A stretch of 64,000 bases of DNA from Lama guanicoe. Lineage: Eukaryota. The notes beneath the pieces are model-generated. The model worked only from the letters and a program-made list of their open reading frames with translations. It was not told the origin of the DNA and did no database searches. Position numbers and translations under genes: made by a program. Each line of letters opens with the position of its first letter. Positions within the stretch are counted from its first letter, which is position 1. Where the stretch lies: positions 7,145,838 to 7,209,837 of the forward strand of contig MU056050.1 in assembly GCA_013239625.1 (NCBI GenBank), read 5' to 3'. Of this stretch, positions 24,065 to 37,399 are shown piece by piece.

Positions 24065-27000
24065 CTTTTTGAAAAATTGATGTTTAATTGACCTCCAAAA
24101 CTGTCAATTCCAGTTGCACAACAAAGTGACTCCATATTTCTATACATTACAAAATGATCACCATGATAAGTCTAGCTACCATCGATTACCATAGAAAGTT
24201 ATTACAATATTATTGACTATATTCCCCATGCTGCACATTTCATCCCTGTGACACATTTATTTTGTAACTGGAGTGTGTGCCTCTTAATCTTCCTCACCTA
24301 TTTCACTCGTCTCCCCACCTTCGTCCCTCTGGCAACTGTTTGTATCTATGAGTCTGTTTCTGTTGTTCATTTGTTTTGTTTTTTACATTCCACATATATG
24401 TGAAATCATATGGTATTTGTTTTTCTCTGTCTGACTTATTTCATTTAGCATAACCCTCTAAGTTTATCCATGTTGTCACAAATGGCAAGATTTCATTCTT
24501 TTCTATGACTGAGTAATATTCCATTGTGTATATATTCCATATCTTCCTATCCATTCATATACATATGGACATTTAGGTTGCTTCCATATCTTGGCTATTG
24601 TAAGTAATGCTGCAATTAACATTGGGTTCATACATATTTTGGAATTAGAGTTTTCATTTTCTTTGCAAAAATACCTAAAAGTAGAATTCCTGGATCATAT
24701 GGTGGTTCTATTTTTAATTTTTGAGGAAACTCCATACTATTTTTCCATAGCTGGTGCACCAATGTACATTCCCACCAGTAGTGCATTATGTTCCTTTTTT
24801 CCCACATCCTTGTCAAATTGTCAACACTTGATATTTGTTGTCTTCTTAATAAAAGCCATTCTGACAAGTGTGAGGTGATATCTCATTGTGGTTTTAATTT
24901 GCGTTTCCCCGATAATTAGTGCTGTTGAGCATTTTTAGTGTGTCTGTTTACCATCTGTATGTCTTCTTTGGAGAAATGTTTATTCAGGTCCTCTGCCAAT
25001 TTTTTAACCAGGTTATTTTCTTTTTTTGATGTTGAGTTGCATGAGTTTTTTGTATACTTTGGATATTAACTCTATCAGATATGTCTTTTGGAAATATCTT
25101 CTTTTCAACAGGTTTCCTTTTCATTTTGTTGATCGTTTCCTTCACTGTACAAAAGCTTTTGAGTTTAATTATTAGGTCCCATTTGTGTATTTTTGCTTTT
25201 GTTCCTCTTGCCTGAAGAGACAGATCCAAAAAAATATTGCTAAGGCTGATGTTAAGAGCATATTGCCCATATTTTTCTCAAGGAGTTTTATGGATCCAGG
25301 TCTTACATTTACATCTTTAATTCATTATGAGTTTATTTTTGTATATTGTATGATAAAGTAGTCTAGTTTGATTCTTTTGTATGTAACTTTCCAGTTTTCC
25401 CAACACCATTTATTGAAGAGGCTGTCTTTTCCCCATTGTATATTCTTGACTCCTTTGTCATAGATCAATTGACCATATGAACGTGGATTTATTTCTAGGC
25501 TCTCTATTCTATTCCACTGATCTATGTGTCTGTTTTTGTGCCAGTGCCATACTGTATTGATTACTATAGCTTTGTAGTATAGTTTGAAATCAAGGTGTGT
25601 GATATCTCCGGCTTTGTTCTTTCTCAAGATTATTTTAGCTATTAGGGGTCTTTTGTGTTTCCATGCAAATTATAGAATTATTTGTTCTAGTTCTGTGAAA
25701 AATGCCATTGGCATTTTGATAGAGATTACAATAAATCTGTAGATTGCCTTGAGGAATATGGTCATTTTAACAATATTAATTCTTCCATTCCATGAGAATG
25801 GTATTCCTTTCCATTTGTTTATGTCACCTTCAAGTTCTTTCATAAATGCCTTACCATTTCTGAATACAGGTCTTTCATTTTCCTTGGTTAGATTTATTCC
25901 TAGGTCTTTTATTCTTTTTGATGTGATCGTAAATGAGATTGTTTTTTAAATTTCTCCTTCTAATAGTTCATCATTAGTGTATAAAAATGCATCAGATTTC
26001 TGTACATTAATTTTGTATCCTCAACTTTAGTGAAATCATTTATTAGTTCTAATAGTTTTTTGATGGCATCTTTAGGATTTTCTATATATAGTATCATGTC
26101 ATCTGGTAACAGTGATAGTTTTACTTCTTTCTTTCCAATTTTGATTCCTTTTTTATCTTTTTCTTTTCTGATTGCTGTGGCTAGGACTTCCAATACTATG
26201 TCAAATAAAAGTGGTTAAGAGTAAGCATCTTTATCTTGTTCTTGATCCTAGAGGAAATATTTTCAGTTTTTCACCATTGAGTATGATATTAGCTGTGGGT
26301 TTGTCATATATAGCTTTTATTATGTTGAGGTATGTTCCCTCTACCCACTTTCTGAAGAGTTTTTTTAAAATCATAAATGGATGTTGAATTTTGTCAAGTA
26401 ATTTTCCTGCATCTGTTGAGCTGATCATATGATTTTTATTCTTCAGTTTGTTTATATGGTGCAGATACTGAACCATCCTTGCATCCCTGGGATAAATCCC
26501 ATTTGATCGAGATGTATGATCCTATAATGTACTGTTGAATTCAGTTTACTAATGTTTTGTTGAGGATTTTTCCATCCATGTTCATCAGAGATATTGACCT
26601 GTAATTTTCTTTTCTTGTGTTGTCTTTGTCTGGTTTTGGTATTGAGGTCATACTGGCCTCATAGAATGAGTCAGAAGCATTCTTTCCTCTTCAGTGTTTT
26701 GGAATCATTTGAGAAGGATAGGTGTTAATTCTTCTTTAAATCTTTGGTAGAATTCAACCGTGAAGCCATCTGGTCTTGGACTTCCATTTGTTGTGAGTTT
26801 TTTTTAAAATAGAATCTATTACATTATTCATAATTAATCTGTTCATATTTCTATTTCTTCCTGGTTCAGTCTTGGGAGGCTGTACATTTCTACAAATTTA
26901 TCAATTTCTTATAGGTTGCCCATTTTATTGACATGTAATTGTTTGTGGTAATCTCTTATGATCCTTAATATTTCTGTGTTGTTGGTTGCAGCCTCTCCTC

Positions 27001-28625
27001 TTTCATTTCTGATTATATTTATTTGGGCTCTTTTTCTTTTTTTCTTGATGAGTCTACTAAAGATTTATCAATTTTGCTTATCTTTTCAAAGAACCAGTTA
27101 TTAGTTTCATTGATATTTTCTTTTGTTTTTAGTTTCTATTTCATTTATTTCTGCTCTGATCTTTATGATTTCTTTCTTTCCAATAATTTAATGTTTTGTT
27201 TGTTCTTATTTTTCTAGGTGAAAGTGGTTTATTTGAGATTTTTCTTGTTTCCTGAGGTAGTCCTATAAATGTCCCTCTCAGAAATACATCCCTTTTCTGT
27301 ATCCCATAGATTTTGAATCATTGTGCTTTCATTTTTATTTGTCTCCAGGTACTTTTTGAATTCTTCAGTGTTCCCATGGATTACTTTGTAGCATATTGTT
27401 TATCATTCATGTGTTGCAGTTTTTTCTTGTAGTTAATTTCTAGTTTCACGTTGTGGTTGGAGAAGATGCTTGATATAATTTCAGTCTTCTTAAATGTATT
27501 GAGACTTATTTTGTGGCCTAGCATGTGATCTATTCTGGAGAACGTTCCATGTGCATTTCAAAAGAATGTGTTTTCTGCTGCTTTTGGATGGAATTTCTAT
27601 ATATATCCATCTGCTCTGATGTATTGTTTAAGGCAAGTGTTTCTTTACTGATTTTTTATCTGGATGGTGTCCATTAATACAAGTGGTATTATTATTTTGT
27701 ACTGTTAATTTCTCCTCTTATGCCTGTTAATATTTGCTATATGTATTTAGGTGCTTCTATGTTGGCTGAATATATATTTACAATTATTATAATTTCTTCC
27801 CAGATTGATCCCTTTATCATTGACTGTGGGATCCCAGTGTGTGGGGCAGGGTCAGGGCCTGATGGTGAACTGCTGGTGGGTGGGGCTGCATCCCCATGCA
27901 GCTGGTTGCTTGGCCTAAGCAGTCACAGGACTGGTGCTAACCATCTGGTGGGTGGGTAAGCTGCAGGTGCTAATGGTTAGAAGGAGGACTCCAAAATGTC
28001 ACTTGCCAGCATCAGTGTCTTCATGGTAGTCTGAGCACCCAAAAATGGCTGCAGCCAGCATCTATGTCCCTAGGGGTTGTCCCAGTTTCTCCTGTCTCTC
28101 TGGGAGACTCTCTAAGATCTACAAGTGGGTCTGACACAGGCTCTTTTCAAATTATTGCCTCTTCCCTGAGACTCGAAGCTGAGATTTTGTGTGCATCCTT
28201 TAAAAGTGGAGTCTCTGTTTCCTACTGTCTTCTGGCTCTGCCATACACAAACTGTGCTGGCCTTCAAAGACAGACCTTTTGGGAGTTTGTCTTCCTGGTA
28301 CAGGACCTCCAGGCTAAGGAGCCTGATGTAGGTCTCAGGCCCCCTGCTTTTTGTGAGAACCCCTGCAATTGTGATTATCCTCCCATTTGTGTGTCGCTTA
28401 CCCAGGGGTTTGAGTCTTGACTATACAGCATTACTGCTGTCCCCTTGGCCCCACCTATCTCATTGTGGTTCTTTCTTTGTATTTTTAGTTGTGGAAAATC
28501 TTTTCTGCTCATCTTAAGGTTGTTGTCATTGACAGTTACTATGGAAATGGGTGTAATTTTGGTATGCTTGTATGAAGAGGTGAGCTCATGGTCTTCCTAC
28601 TCTGCCATCTTGGCCACACCTTCCA
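24065..28625 (-). mobile_element. L1 (~4.5 kb): 5' UTR joined directly to ORF2 EN, ORF1 absent
   Basis: Minus ORFs between 24628 and 26476 are L1 ORF2 pieces (degenerate PDDMILY). 27821-28625 is a GC-richer L1 5' UTR starting ggccaagatggcagagtagg. Confidence 0.82.
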
Positions 28626-30549
28626 GAGCAGGACTTCTTCTGATTATGGGATTTTGACCATAGAACCCTTCATTCTTGGCCTCAAAGTACATGAACAGTA
28701 AATTCTTGGACTCAAAAATTTTATTTTAATCATAGTTTACTTTTCTTTTCCAGAATGAGGCTTGTACACATGAGGATACATTAGAGAATCTTGAATTCAA
28801 GAGCCAAAATAGAATGGCTCATTTACACAATGTATGGTGGATCCTTGTCCTAATTCTTTGATTTGGTTTTGTCTGTGGAGAGCTGGCATGAAACTACCCA
28901 AGGGGGATTTACTCAAATTCTGGGAGATTGACTTATGGAAATATATATCGTAACACTTATGTAGATGTAAGAAGGTAATATAAGCAACCCCACTCTGAAC
29001 ACATACACATCAGTCTTCTAACATAAAACAAAACTCCTAAGATAATATAAAGTGCTGTATATATTCCAATACTCTGGTTTCTGGTACATAAACAGATCTC
29101 TGAAAAAGATCTTTTTAAAAAAATCAATTCAGAATTTCAATGTGTCCTACTTGCTGCTCCTAGATAGTACATTTGCCATACAGATACTGATACATAATCA
29201 ATGAAACTTTTTAAATGTCAGTATATAAAGATTCTATAGGTAGTAGAATCATCATTCATTGAGTAGGAAGGGAGGGAGGGCTGGGCCAAGAGGAGTCAAT
29301 CCAGTCTTAGGAAACTAACCTAATTCTTTGAAATCTACTGTCCACTAGTCTTCAAAGTTTGGGAAAATTTGTGTCAAGACTCTCTTATGTAAAAATTTTA
29401 ACAGAACAAGAGCCATAACTGAAGTTTGCGTACCTTTTCTAATGATTTGCTAGCCTCTGTATATATCTTCACATGATCGGCCATAAATCCTTTAAAATGA
29501 GAAGATCTTAAATGCAGGTGGTCATCTGGGACCCCAAGGAAGAGTAAAGCTAAGGAGGCTGTGGCGCCTTCATAACCACAACTGTGGAAGAGCAGAAGAG
29601 TTAGCAACTATGGAGAGGAGGTAAGAAGAAGCCAAGGTCTTATAATTTGCTGTAAAGAAAGGGACATGGAAAATGACCTGGGACTGGGAAGGGACTCTTG
29701 TTGTCTTTCATTCAACCTGGAGATAAAAATTATCCATGAAATTGTAAGGAAAGAAGGAACCCAATAGAAGTCTGTCTGGATTTTCTTCTCAGGTCCTGAA
29801 TACTTCCAAAGGCTGCAATTAGAAATAAAGGTAATTTGACAGATTAGGTAGCTTTAAAATTCTCTGACTATAAAACACCTTTTGCTAGATCAAATATTTC
29901 ATTCTTTAAAATACATAGTTGAGTATACAGTTAAGAAGAGAAATCTCCAGGAGTCAGGGCCTAAAACGGGAACTGGAACTGAGCATGTGAGCTGAACGGA
30001 AGGCCTGCCTGGCTTGGGAGAATATTAGTCTTGGCAATCCAAGGGCCTGAATTTATAGAAATTTATATTAGCATAAGAGATAAGTCCATTGTCTACATGA
30101 AATGAGATAGAACTGAGACCCCTACATAAATCCTCAAAAGGATACACTCTCTAAACTCCTTGGAGAAATGACTGAGTCATGATCTGTAACAGGGGAACAA
30201 AACAGGCATGCCAGCAATAATTTATGGTGCCAGGAAGAAATGAAGTGCTCAAAGACTAGGAGGACACGGCAAATGGACCTAAGAATTGACTCACATAGGC
30301 TCTCACTGGTCAATCTTACAACAATTTTAGCATTATTTACAAAGGGGAAAAGCACTGTTACAGTGCAGAGGTCTTGAAGGGTACTACATTAAACAAGTGA
30401 CAAAATCAGCATCACTGATAACAGGACAAACTGGTATATGTCTTTGGATATGAAATGATGGGAAAAACACAGAAAAAACTTCAAAGTAGGTATTATAAGT
30501 ATGTTCAAAGAACCAAAGTAAATCATGCTTAAAGAAGTAAAGCATAACG

Positions 30550-31500
30550 GAAGTGTCTTATCAAAGAGATCTAGGGCTGTATGGAGTGTGTGATCCCAGG
30601 ATGGGTTCTTCTTGGCTGTCTCATTCTCAGATTCTCTCTATTAATCTTCTGATAGGTTTGCCATTTTCCTTATTGCTATCAAGGAGTTACCAGTCTCTCT
30701 TAAATGCTTACCACCAATATGTCCATTATTTTCAGCAATGCACTTAAGTATGAACTTCTCCATGCTCTCTTTTAAATAAAGTCCATCATCTTCAGCAGAG
30801 CTGTCAAGCTCTTGGTCCTTATGGCCTGCCCTTCCCCCTGGGAAGAATCTCTGTACCACTGCTTTGGAGCTGGGGGCAGGACCTGGGGCCTGCTTCTTCT
30901 GGAATGACACTCCTGTTTTACAAATGTGTACTGAGGATGATGGTAGCTTGCCACTCCCATAGTGGAATCTCATTTGTATGAGTGAGGTGGGGTGGAGCCA
31001 ACTAAGCACCAGCATTCTTAGCCTGTCTTTCTTTTAGTAAAACCCTTGTCCTATGAATGGGAACTGAATGGGGAAAGGGAGTTTCACTTCCTCTCAGACT
31101 CACCTGCCTAGAAAAGACCTTCTGCAACATAGGGCTGGGGTGGAAGAAAGACAGTAGCAGCCTGCCTCTCCCAGGGTGAAACTATAGCTGTAGACTAGGA
31201 GCTGTAATGGAAAGGGAGTTCCTGTCTTCCTGTCCATACCTGCCTAGAGTAGAGAGTTCATTGTACAGAGTTGTGGGGTGGGGCATGGGATCACGTCATG
31301 GCTCAGATGCCACACACTCTCACTGTTCTTTCTGAGATTTAGTAGATTTTTTTGGATAAATGTTTCTTCATTTTCTGTATTTCTTTAAGACAATTTCTGG
31401 AGATTTTAAATGTTTTTTAAAAAATATTTTTCCAGGTTTAAATGGTTGTTTCACTGCAGAAAGTCTCATTAAACTTTTCGTACCACCATGCTGAAAGTCC
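30550..31500 (-). mobile_element. Old L1M 5'-region fragment
   Basis: ttctttctgagatttagtagattttt...gtaccaccatgctgaaagtcc resembles reversed old L1 5' ends. Confidence 0.45.
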
Positions 31501-31959
31501 TGCTTATTCATGGACCATTTCTTATATATAAGGCAGGACGATGCACAAGATGGAGCCAAGAGCTATGGACAGAGAGCAAGACTGGGCCTTAACAAGAAAA
31601 CTAGTGATACATGCCCATCTGGATTTCAGAGTTGCTATGGACTACTATACATCTTCTGTTGTCCACCTTTGTGAATGGAAGTGTCTACTGTGGTTGTTTC
31701 TATCTCAGCACTATATGTTGGGAGTGTGAGGGCACATAACTTGTTTATTTCATGGGTCTTCAGATGCAGATGATCAATACTCAAGGAAATTCACTTGAAG
31801 AGTCTTATCCTCACCTAGACACGATTTAGCTGATGACATCATGGTCCTTAAACTTGAACCTCATTTCAAAATAGACTGAGATTTCCGGAGGCCTTGTGAG
31901 GCAATGGGTGTATTTTGCATATATGAAAAATATAAATAATTTATGGTTAGAGGAGGAAA

Positions 31960-32420
31960 TGTGGTAGATTTTAAATAGCTGCAAATTCTTTGTCACTTCT
32001 ACCGTTCAGTCTAGGCTGATTTAGTGACTTGCTTGACAAATGGAATACAACAGATATGATGTTCTAAGATTTTAGTCACAAGATCAGAAGAAACCTTGAT
32101 CTTCTGCCTGGGACTTTTTGAAATCCATCTACCATGCTGTGAGAAAATCTAAGCAGTCACCTGGAGATTAACATGTAAAGAGGAACTGAGGTACTCAGCT
32201 GATAGTGCTAGCTGAGCACCCAGCTGACAACCCAACACCAATTTGCCAAGAATGAGAATGATGTATTTTACAGGTAGACACTCAAGTTTCAGTAGAGTCA
32301 CCCAGGTGATGCTCTGTAGAGTAGAGATGAGCCATTTCCACCCAAATTGAAGATTCATGAGCAAAAACACCTAATGGTTACTGTTTTAAGCCACTAAGCT
32401 TTAAAGTGGTTTGTTATGTA
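31960..32420 (+). mobile_element. MaLR LTR (MLT1G/H-like)
   Basis: tgtggtagattttaaatagctgcaaattctttg...gttttaagccactaagctttaaagtggtttgttatg. Confidence 0.68.
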
Positions 32421-33159
32421 GAATAATGGTGAAAACATTCTTCACACAAGCAATTCCACATACATATGTCTACCCTAATAAACTCTTATATGTGCGAATA
32501 AAAAACATATGAAGATGTTTATTGGAGTACTCTATTTAAAAGTGAGTAAGTTGAAATAATGTACCATTTCCCAGTTTGAGAATGGCTAAATAAACTGTGC
32601 CTCATTCACATACTGGTTAAAATAAATGAACAAGATGTATCTGTATCAATATGCATAATCTAAAAAAATTTCAAATGTTAACAGCGATTTACAAAAGATA
32701 TATACAGTGATTCTATTTATATACATTCAAAAATATACAAAACAATGCTATGCATTATTTATGGACATGTACTTTTATAGCAAATGTGCAAAACCAAGCA
32801 GTTGATTAGTAAACATCAACTTCAGGAAAGTAGCTGTCTCTGGAGAGGGGAAAGAGGGAGAAAAGTTGAAAGTGGGGCTTTACCTGTAATAGTAATATTT
32901 CATCTCTTTTGTTCTTTTGTTCTTTCTTTTTTCAGAGCTTCATAAGACAAAGTATTTAGATCATTTTCGTCTTAGTGGTAGGCATGAATGTGTCTGTTAT
33001 ATTCTTTTCTTTAGTTTGTATGCTTGAATTCATTCATGTTTTATAATGTTTTTTAAAAAGAAGAAGAGAGGAAAAGTATTGGATACACACTCATTAATCA
33101 CTATGACATGCTACCTCCATTTGGGAGGACATGATCAATAATAAAGATTTAAAAATCTT

Positions 33160-34300
33160 TGCATGCAATAAAATGCACCCTTTCAATTTGTACAGTTTGA
33201 TGAATTTTGATAAATACATATTTACCCATAACATCATCACCATAGTCAAAATGTAGAACATGCCCTTCATTTAAAAGTTCTCTCTTGAGGGAAAGTATAG
33301 CTCAGTGGGAGACCATATGCTCAGCATGCACGAGATCCTGGGTTCACTCCCCAGTACCTCCATTATAAATAAATAGATAAATGAATAAATCTTAGTACTT
33401 CCCCTACACCCTCAAAATGTTCTCTCATGCACCTTTGTAGTCAATCCCATCATTTCTGACCCCAGTCAACTGTGGATCTGCTTTATGTAACTATGGATTC
33501 GTTTTATATCTTATGGCAATTGATATAAATGAAGTCATAGGCTAGGTTTGCTTTTGTGTCTGGCTTCTTTTGTTCAGCATAAAGATTCTGAGATTCATAC
33601 ATGTAGTCAGTGTATCAGTAGTATGACCCCTTTTATCTCCGGCCAGTATTCTACTGTATGGATACACACTATTTGTTTTTTCTTCTGCTGTTGGACATTT
33701 GTTTCCTGGTTTTGGCCATTATAAACAAAGCTACTATGAATGTTCATATGTAAGTTTATTTTGTGGACATAGGCTTCCATTTCTCTTGGGTAAATAGCCA
33801 TGACTGGGATTTATGAGACATATGGTAAGTGTATGTTTAACTTTACAAGATGCTAACAAACTCTTTGTCAAAGTGCTCATACTATTTTACATTCCCACCA
33901 GCAATGTGTGACAGTTCCAGTTGATTTATATGGTCACCAACACCTGGTATTATTGGTCTTTTTAAATTTAGCCATTCAAATGGGAAAGTAGTGATACCTT
34001 ATTGTGATTTAATTGGCATTTTGTTGATGACTAATGATATTGAGCATATTTTTACTTACTTATTGGCCATTCCTGTATTTTATTTGTGAAATGTTTGTTT
34101 AAATACATAATCCATTTAAAAATTAGGTTTTTGCTTTCTTATTACTGAGTTGCAAGGTTTCTTTATTTTTGAATAGAAGTCCTATGTCAGATACTTGGAT
34201 TGTTAATATCACTTTGAGTTCATTTTTGTGTATGGCATGAGATAAAGGTAGAGTTTCACTTTACATCATATGGATAGCCAATTTTTCTGGCACTTGTTTG
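33160..34300 (-). mobile_element. Old L1M 3' fragment hosting a SINE
   Basis: Reverse L1 3' motifs (cattcccaccagcaatgtgtgacagttccagttg). Confidence 0.7.
33287..33412 (+). mobile_element. tRNA-Ala-derived SINE (Vic-1-like)
   Basis: gagggaaagtatagctcagtgggagacc...cctgggttcactccccagtacctcc with (TAAA)n tail. TSD is approximately AAAA(T)GTTCTCTC. Confidence 0.82.
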
Positions 34301-37300
34301 GACTGTGCTTGGAGTCTGCTCTACTTCTGGATTTCCTAGTATGTGAAATGATAAATAATAAACGTCATTAATTTACACCAAAAAAGTAACCGTATGTATT
34401 CACTCCTTTGACCTCCTCCATGGTTTCCTTCTAACATTTCCACTCAAAACAGCAGGAGAATAACTACCCAAGTGTGTAAAATACACGAGAGAGAGACAGA
34501 GAGAGAAGCATTCCTGTTAACCTCAGAGCAATCATAGTTACACAACAGCAAGTGGCAAAATTAGTCTAAATCCAAATTGGTTAACCTTTCTCCCTTCTTC
34601 TTTTAGCTCTGGCACATTTTACCCTACTAACTCCAGGTCTCTTTCCAATTCTGTAATCTAAGCCCTCATAGTTTCCCACTGGGTGCTTCATAACCTCCTT
34701 CCTGGCTGTTTCTCTCCTGAGTCCATTCTGCCTAGCTACTTTTTCTTTTCACAATGCTGTTTTCCCTAAATTGTTTCTAAGCTCGGACCTTCAAGTGCCC
34801 TGTTCTCTCAGTTTTATCAAGTCCAGCCTCTCTGTCTGGCTTTCAAGGCCCCACCTCTTCTACGTAACTTTCTTCCTAATAGGCTGGTGTTCTCACCTTT
34901 CCGTGGGCACCTGTATTAATCCCTGCCACTTGACTCTCTGTTCCTGTGATTCTCCTGGTTTTTCCTCACATGTCCCCTGCTCTACAAAGACTCCATTAAG
35001 GCCTCTACCTTAATCACCCTCCTTATATAATGAATTCCTGTCACAACATGCTCCACTCAGCCTTGGCCCCACCTGGCTGGAATATTGGCTACGTGGATGC
35101 AAAGACTACATCCTTCTATCCACCACAATGCTAGGTATATAAATGCTTCTTGGCTTATTTTACCATTTTTTCACCAATTAAAGTGTCAATTTAAAATTTA
35201 AAAGATACTTTTTACTTCTAGAACTGCCTTTTCATTTCATCTGTTGCCTTTGTTCTGGAGAGAGGAAGGACTTCTATGGAAGGACCACTATGGCCACTCC
35301 ACCCAACTTTTTGATTCTCTCCACAGGTTTGGAGGCAAATGGGAAGCCAATATTCTCTAATTCCAGGCCAGAAGTGAACTGGAAAGTAAGACTCAGATGG
35401 CTGGATAATGAATAATCTCTCTCAGACATGAGGACAAGGCAAAACACTGGCCCCCCGATTTAACCCTTGGTTTCCCTGGCTAAGAAAAAGACCACTCTCT
35501 TCATAGGACTTCCTCCTGGCTGCAGTGGCTGCTGTTTCCTAGCTTTAACAGAGCGAAGAGAGAAACTTAATATTTTTAAAGCACACATAGAAAATACATA
35601 GGGGAAAATTTGCAAGGAAACGCACTACTGCTTCCCTTTTCAATGAAAGAGGTTCTCACTGCACCCTCAGCTCCCTGTGGCAGTGGAGCTATTAAGGATA
35701 GCACACTCCAGGGAGCCAGTACCTCCCTGTGGAGCTCGGGAGAGAGTGGTATTTAGTTACGTGCACGCACGCACACACACACACACACAATCTCTTTAGC
35801 CCTGTCTTTCCCTGCCCTTGTTCATAAAAAATTCCTGTCTGATGTCATCAGTGATTTAATCTGCACCATCTGTCTCACAAGACTGACCCTTGGGTTCCTG
35901 TCTTGCTGAGGAGGAATTTTAGCTGTTTACTGGCATAACAGGTATGCCTGAGGGACACGAGTCACCTGTGATTTTCAGTAGTCATTATAAGAAACTTTCA
36001 ATGGCATTACATTCAGTTTTTACATATGTGAAGTCTCACTCTGTGAGAAAAAAAAAGGCTGTAAATACAATACTTTCAAATGAAAGTAGTGAATAGTATT
36101 TGACTGTCATCCACTTTGTTTTGCTCTGTGGATTACTTCAGCTAGAATTTCTGGTGCTGAAGAAAACCAGTTGAGAAAATAACAATCCTTTATGAGCAAT
36201 TTCATGTTTTCTAACCCTTTTGCAATCTTCTACTTTAATTTGTTTTCCATTAGTACATGCTCAAGTGTAGTGAAAAGAAAGAGCACTGACCTGGGAGTGG
36301 GAGATTGAGAATGTTCCAGCTCTACCATTCTCTCTTGTGACCATGGTCAGGTCCTTTTCCTTTTCTGGGCCTCAGTCTCCTCATTTGTAAAAACAGAGAC
36401 TTGGACTGAATGATCTTGAAGGATCTCTCCAACTTTGATATTTTGCAATTCCCATTGAATATGCTATTTTCATGGATTTTTTAAAACACAAAACCAAATT
36501 TATAACACTGGCATTAGCAGGCATTTTTTTTAATCTTTCTTTTCTCTCAATAATAAGCCTCAGAGGTGGGATTTCAAAATTGGAATTTTCTACAGGCTGC
36601 AGCCATCATGATAGAACCATCACAGGAGTACTATTAGAGTTAATATTCTGCTCTGTAGATATCGAGAGAAGCAAATAATGCTTGAAGATCTTTTTGCTGT
36701 TTCTCTGTGGGTTCTTTATCCAGAGGTGTTTATGTAATGAATGTATCTTAGCGGTAAGAAAAGTGGGGATGCAATGAGCAAAGGAAAATAAAGCCTCCTC
36801 CTTTTATCTTTGCCTCAACCTGCCTTTGTGATCGTCTCTCAGCAAAACCACCGGTGTTTTACTGCTTGGGGAGATCAGGTATGTACCAGTGCTCATTCAC
36901 TGCTAATAGGGGCTGCTAATAGCGTCCCCGTCTCCTGTCAGGGCTGTCACAGTTGATTTTTTTACACTTCTGTGAGTTCCCTCAAGTTTAACAGCTGAAA
37001 ATCAAGCTCATTAAGAAGCTCCCGAAGTATTTCAGGGTAAGCTAATTTTCCAGGGCCAGGTGTGGCCACAGAGTCTGGTAATAGGGAATCTAGATATAGA
37101 TCAAATAAGAACCAGGGACTTTATTCCCCAAATGTTGGGAGGAAAGAGGGAGCCGAACAGTCAATGGGATGTTCCAAATGCTGGCCTGTGTGTTCAATTT
37201 GGCAAAATTGCCCAGTGACCTCAAGTATTCCTCCAAAGTCCATGCAGCTACTTAATATACTGGCATGTGCACAAAAGTAGCTCAAGAATGGTGAGAGATT

Positions 37301-37399
37301 TTAATTTTAATTAATTCACTCATTCATTCATTTTTGTAGGTAAGACTCTAGGCTCTGCTGCTCTTCATGTAGATGAGGCAAAGATTTTGGCAAGATGAC

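Noticed and set aside
21528..29607. Identifying the candidate exons with genes recalled from this interval in other species (mouse Gm595/CCDC7-like, human DENND10P1)
   Set aside because: I see no similarity between the peptides and recalled CCDC7 or DENND10 sequences, so no symbol is assigned.
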